DNA of 64,000 bases from Takakia lepidozioides (lineage: Eukaryota; Plantae; Bryophyta), in NCBI GenBank assembly GCA_030704615.1, contig CM060732.1, positions 49,476,001-49,540,000 of the forward strand, written 5' to 3'. The position numbers were made by a program, and so were the translations under genes. Position 1 is the first letter of the stretch; every line of letters begins with the position of its first letter. The notes under the pieces were generated by a model, which was not told the DNA's origin, did no database searches, and saw only the letters and a program-made list of their open reading frames with translations. Of this stretch, positions 61,354 through 64,000 are shown piece after piece.

Positions 61354-64000
61354 GAGTTCAGGCGGGGGCATGAGGTTGAGATCGAGGAGTGGAGGATGTA
61401 CTGGTCACCCGACTATGTCTCCATCACTAGGGGCACTAGAGCCACGAGGGCAGTGGCTACACCTGCCGCTGCACCGGCAGCTTCAGCAAGTAGCAGTGGA
61501 ACTAGTGGGACTGGTGGTACAGTAGCTACGACGTCCACCCAAGCCACTACCGCACCAGCACTAGCACCAGTGTCTGCCTTCAACCCTATTGTGGAGTTCT
61601 TCGAAGAGTTGAGAGGGAACTACCAAGGGGTGAGGACAGAGAAGTTGCGGAGCTTGCAAGAGTTCCAACGGAAGCCGACCGAGAGTTTGAGTGAGGCTTT
61701 CACTCGCATGAGGCGCTTGATAAATGTAACCCAAGGGGTTACGGAAGCTCAGGGAAGGGCAGAGAGGACCTCAGATGCAGGGGTCTCTCCCTTCATTTGC
61801 TGGCCAACAACGGGCGGATATGGTGTGCTGGACATGTGGAGGACCCCATGTCAAGAAGGATTGCCCAGAGGGAGGCAAAGGGTCGGCACATGCACAGCCT
61901 GCACAGTTGCAGCGTGGGCATTGTGGCAAGCACGGGCATGGAGAGGCCCAGTGTTATGGTTTGCATCCTGAGTTGCGTCCAGGTCAGTTCCAAGGGAACA
62001 ATGGTGGCCGGGGGCGAGGTGGAGCATCCCAGAGAGGACGAGGTGGCCAGCCACGAGGCCAAGGGCAAACTCAACGTGGCCAAGGATGCGGAGGTTAGGG
62101 TGTTGACCAAGGCATGGCCAACCGGCTTCAGCAGCTAGAGCAGAGGCTCGCTGCCATGGCTACAGCTCAGGTGGTACCGGCTCTAAGGCCGGATGGTCCA
62201 CCTCCTGCTCCTGAGGGAGGAGATATGGGAGGCATGGGATTCATGTGTGGAGCAGCACTACCACTAGTGCAAGTGGAGTCTGCTGCAGCCGTGACTCGAG
62301 GAGCAGCACGAGTTCCTGAGCCACGAGGTGCAGAGGTGGAGTTGGATCCACAGCGTGGGGAGGCAAGCCGTCAGGCTAGGCTTCCTCAGTCATTCACATT
62401 GGCGGAGACAGTGTCGACGCCATCCATGGCACCTAGTTCTCGCCCGACGGTTACCGAGGCGGAGGTTACTATGCCATTGGGGAGAGCTACACGGGTAGCA
62501 CCACTACCTAGTGTTGCCAAGGCTGCGGCAGCTAGTGTGCTGCTAGGAGCGGCCACATCTGTGTGCCAGGCTCCATTGTTCTCGGCTACCATGATTGCGA
62601 CGCTGGGGGTAAAACCAGCTGAGGTGTTCAGGCTGGCAGCTACACTCTGTGAGAGTGGGGAGGTTACTTCATCTTCTGCGGAGATAGTGGGAGGTGTAGT
62701 GCCGGAGGGATCCTCGGATTTGAGGGTCAAGACTGCCACGGCGGCGCCATGGCAAGCTGCAGCTGCCAGGTTGATGGAGCTGCCAGCTAGGCCAGCCATT
62801 GAGCGCGCCATGGTGACACCTGGAGTTGTCATGTTAGACAACCAGAATGACATTTTCTATTTGAGTGGACTGGCAGGCAAGAGGTACCGGCCACTGCGGG
62901 TCTTGTTGGACTCGGGAGCTCAGCCATTGATGCTGGGCAGAGCTGCTATTGCAGGCTTGGGCCTCACGGAGGCGGATATGGAGCCTTGTCCTTTCCAGAT
63001 ACAGACGTCTCTGGGAGGATCGGAGCAGGCTCGGGGCATGACACGGCGTGAGTTGGCTATCAGACTACGACCGGATCACCCTACAGATGGCTCAGTGATG
63101 CGAGCCAAGGCCATTGTGACAGACGCAGTCTCATACGATGTCCTGGTTGGTGGGGCAGTGTTGTACCCCATGGGCTTCACCCTGGATTTTTGGGAGGAGT
63201 CAGCTTCCTATAGGCCTGCATGGCAGTCAGGGGAGGGCCGGCGTGTGCAGCTCCCTGTGACGTTCATAGGAGGAGTTGCGGTTGCCCAGCGAGGCAAGAT
63301 GCCGATACTAGCAGCATTCACAGCGGCAGTGAGTTGGCCTAGAGAGTTGCTTGAGGGCAATGCTCATTCAGAGGATGTACCACCTCCGGGAGAGCAGGAT
63401 GACATGTATGGTATGGCGGAGTTGCCTACCATGGTTGCTCAGACTCCATTGTGGGGCACGAGCAAGGATTTGCAGCGGGATGCTGATCGACGGGTGCAAC
63501 AGGCCTGGGTGGAGGCTTTTGTACCGTCAGGAGAGGAGGAGAGTGCGGGGATTGCACCAGGACCACCTCAGTTGTCTCCATTGGACACCACACCTATTGT
63601 GTGGCAGTATCCGGATGAAGGCATTTGTCTTCTGGACTTGTTTGGCGGGATCAGCACCGGATTGGCTGCTGTGTTACAAGCAGGTGTACGAGTTCGGCGT
63701 TACCTGTATGTGGAGAGGGATGAGACTGCACGACGCGTTTCACTTTGCCATGTTGCTCAGTTGGTGCAGCGGTACCCTGAGTTGTTGTCGATGTCTGCAA
63801 TTCATGGATATCAGCAGGCCTTGCCAATAGACATTTCGTTGCTGGGGGCGCAGGATTTGGAGCGGGTTGGCTCCATTGATCTGGTAGTGGCAGGTTGGCC
63901 CTGCCAAGGGCATTCATCAGCCAAGCATGGCAATGGATTGCGAGACTCGAGGTCGGGTCTGTTTTGGGAGATGGTGCGGGTTTTGCGCCACTTGCAGCTT
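61354..64000 (+). mobile_element. DNMT-retrotransposon copy 2, gag-protease-DNMT part (runs off window)
   Basis: Starts EFRRGHEVEIEEWRMYW. Internal gag deletion at about 61752 and one CAG>TAG at 62096. The frame is then open from 62099 to 64000 through LLDSGA, LDLFGGISTG (63632-63661), YVERD and AGWPCQG (about 63900). Confidence 0.93.

Overview
Eukaryotic nuclear DNA, most likely from a non-seed land plant (inferred from PLS/DYW-type PPR sequences, intron-rich host genes and Tcn1-like Ty3 elements). The left half is a nest of transposons. A truncated, apparently self-priming Ty3/Gypsy element is split by a 6.5-kb CACTA element (3-bp TSD) loaded with PPR-DYW gene fragments. Next come a MULE/SWIM transposase and a hAT-type MITE (8-bp TSD) interrupted by an 11.8-kb Ty3/Gypsy retrotransposon. 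That retrotransposon (21165-32926, minus) is the main find. Its polyprotein reads Gag-protease-C5 DNA methyltransferase (DNMT3-like)-RT-RNaseH-integrase-PHD finger. Its PBS is complementary to its own LTR rather than to a tRNA. Its long leader carries host mRNA fragments (RPL8, RPL28). Its termini are permuted or split (L...B-GC-L-B) around a palindromic GACA-GC-TGTC site with a 4-bp TSD, which suggests integration from a circular intermediate. A second, diverged member of the family lies at the right end, with its gag cut at a codon by an apparent 7.2-kb inversion (54122-61353). Host genes: an amidohydrolase, a CRM/YhbY-domain gene, an unknown gene, an intronless TMEM18-like gene and an ORC2 fragment. 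All calls come from reading the sequence by eye; no searches were run.
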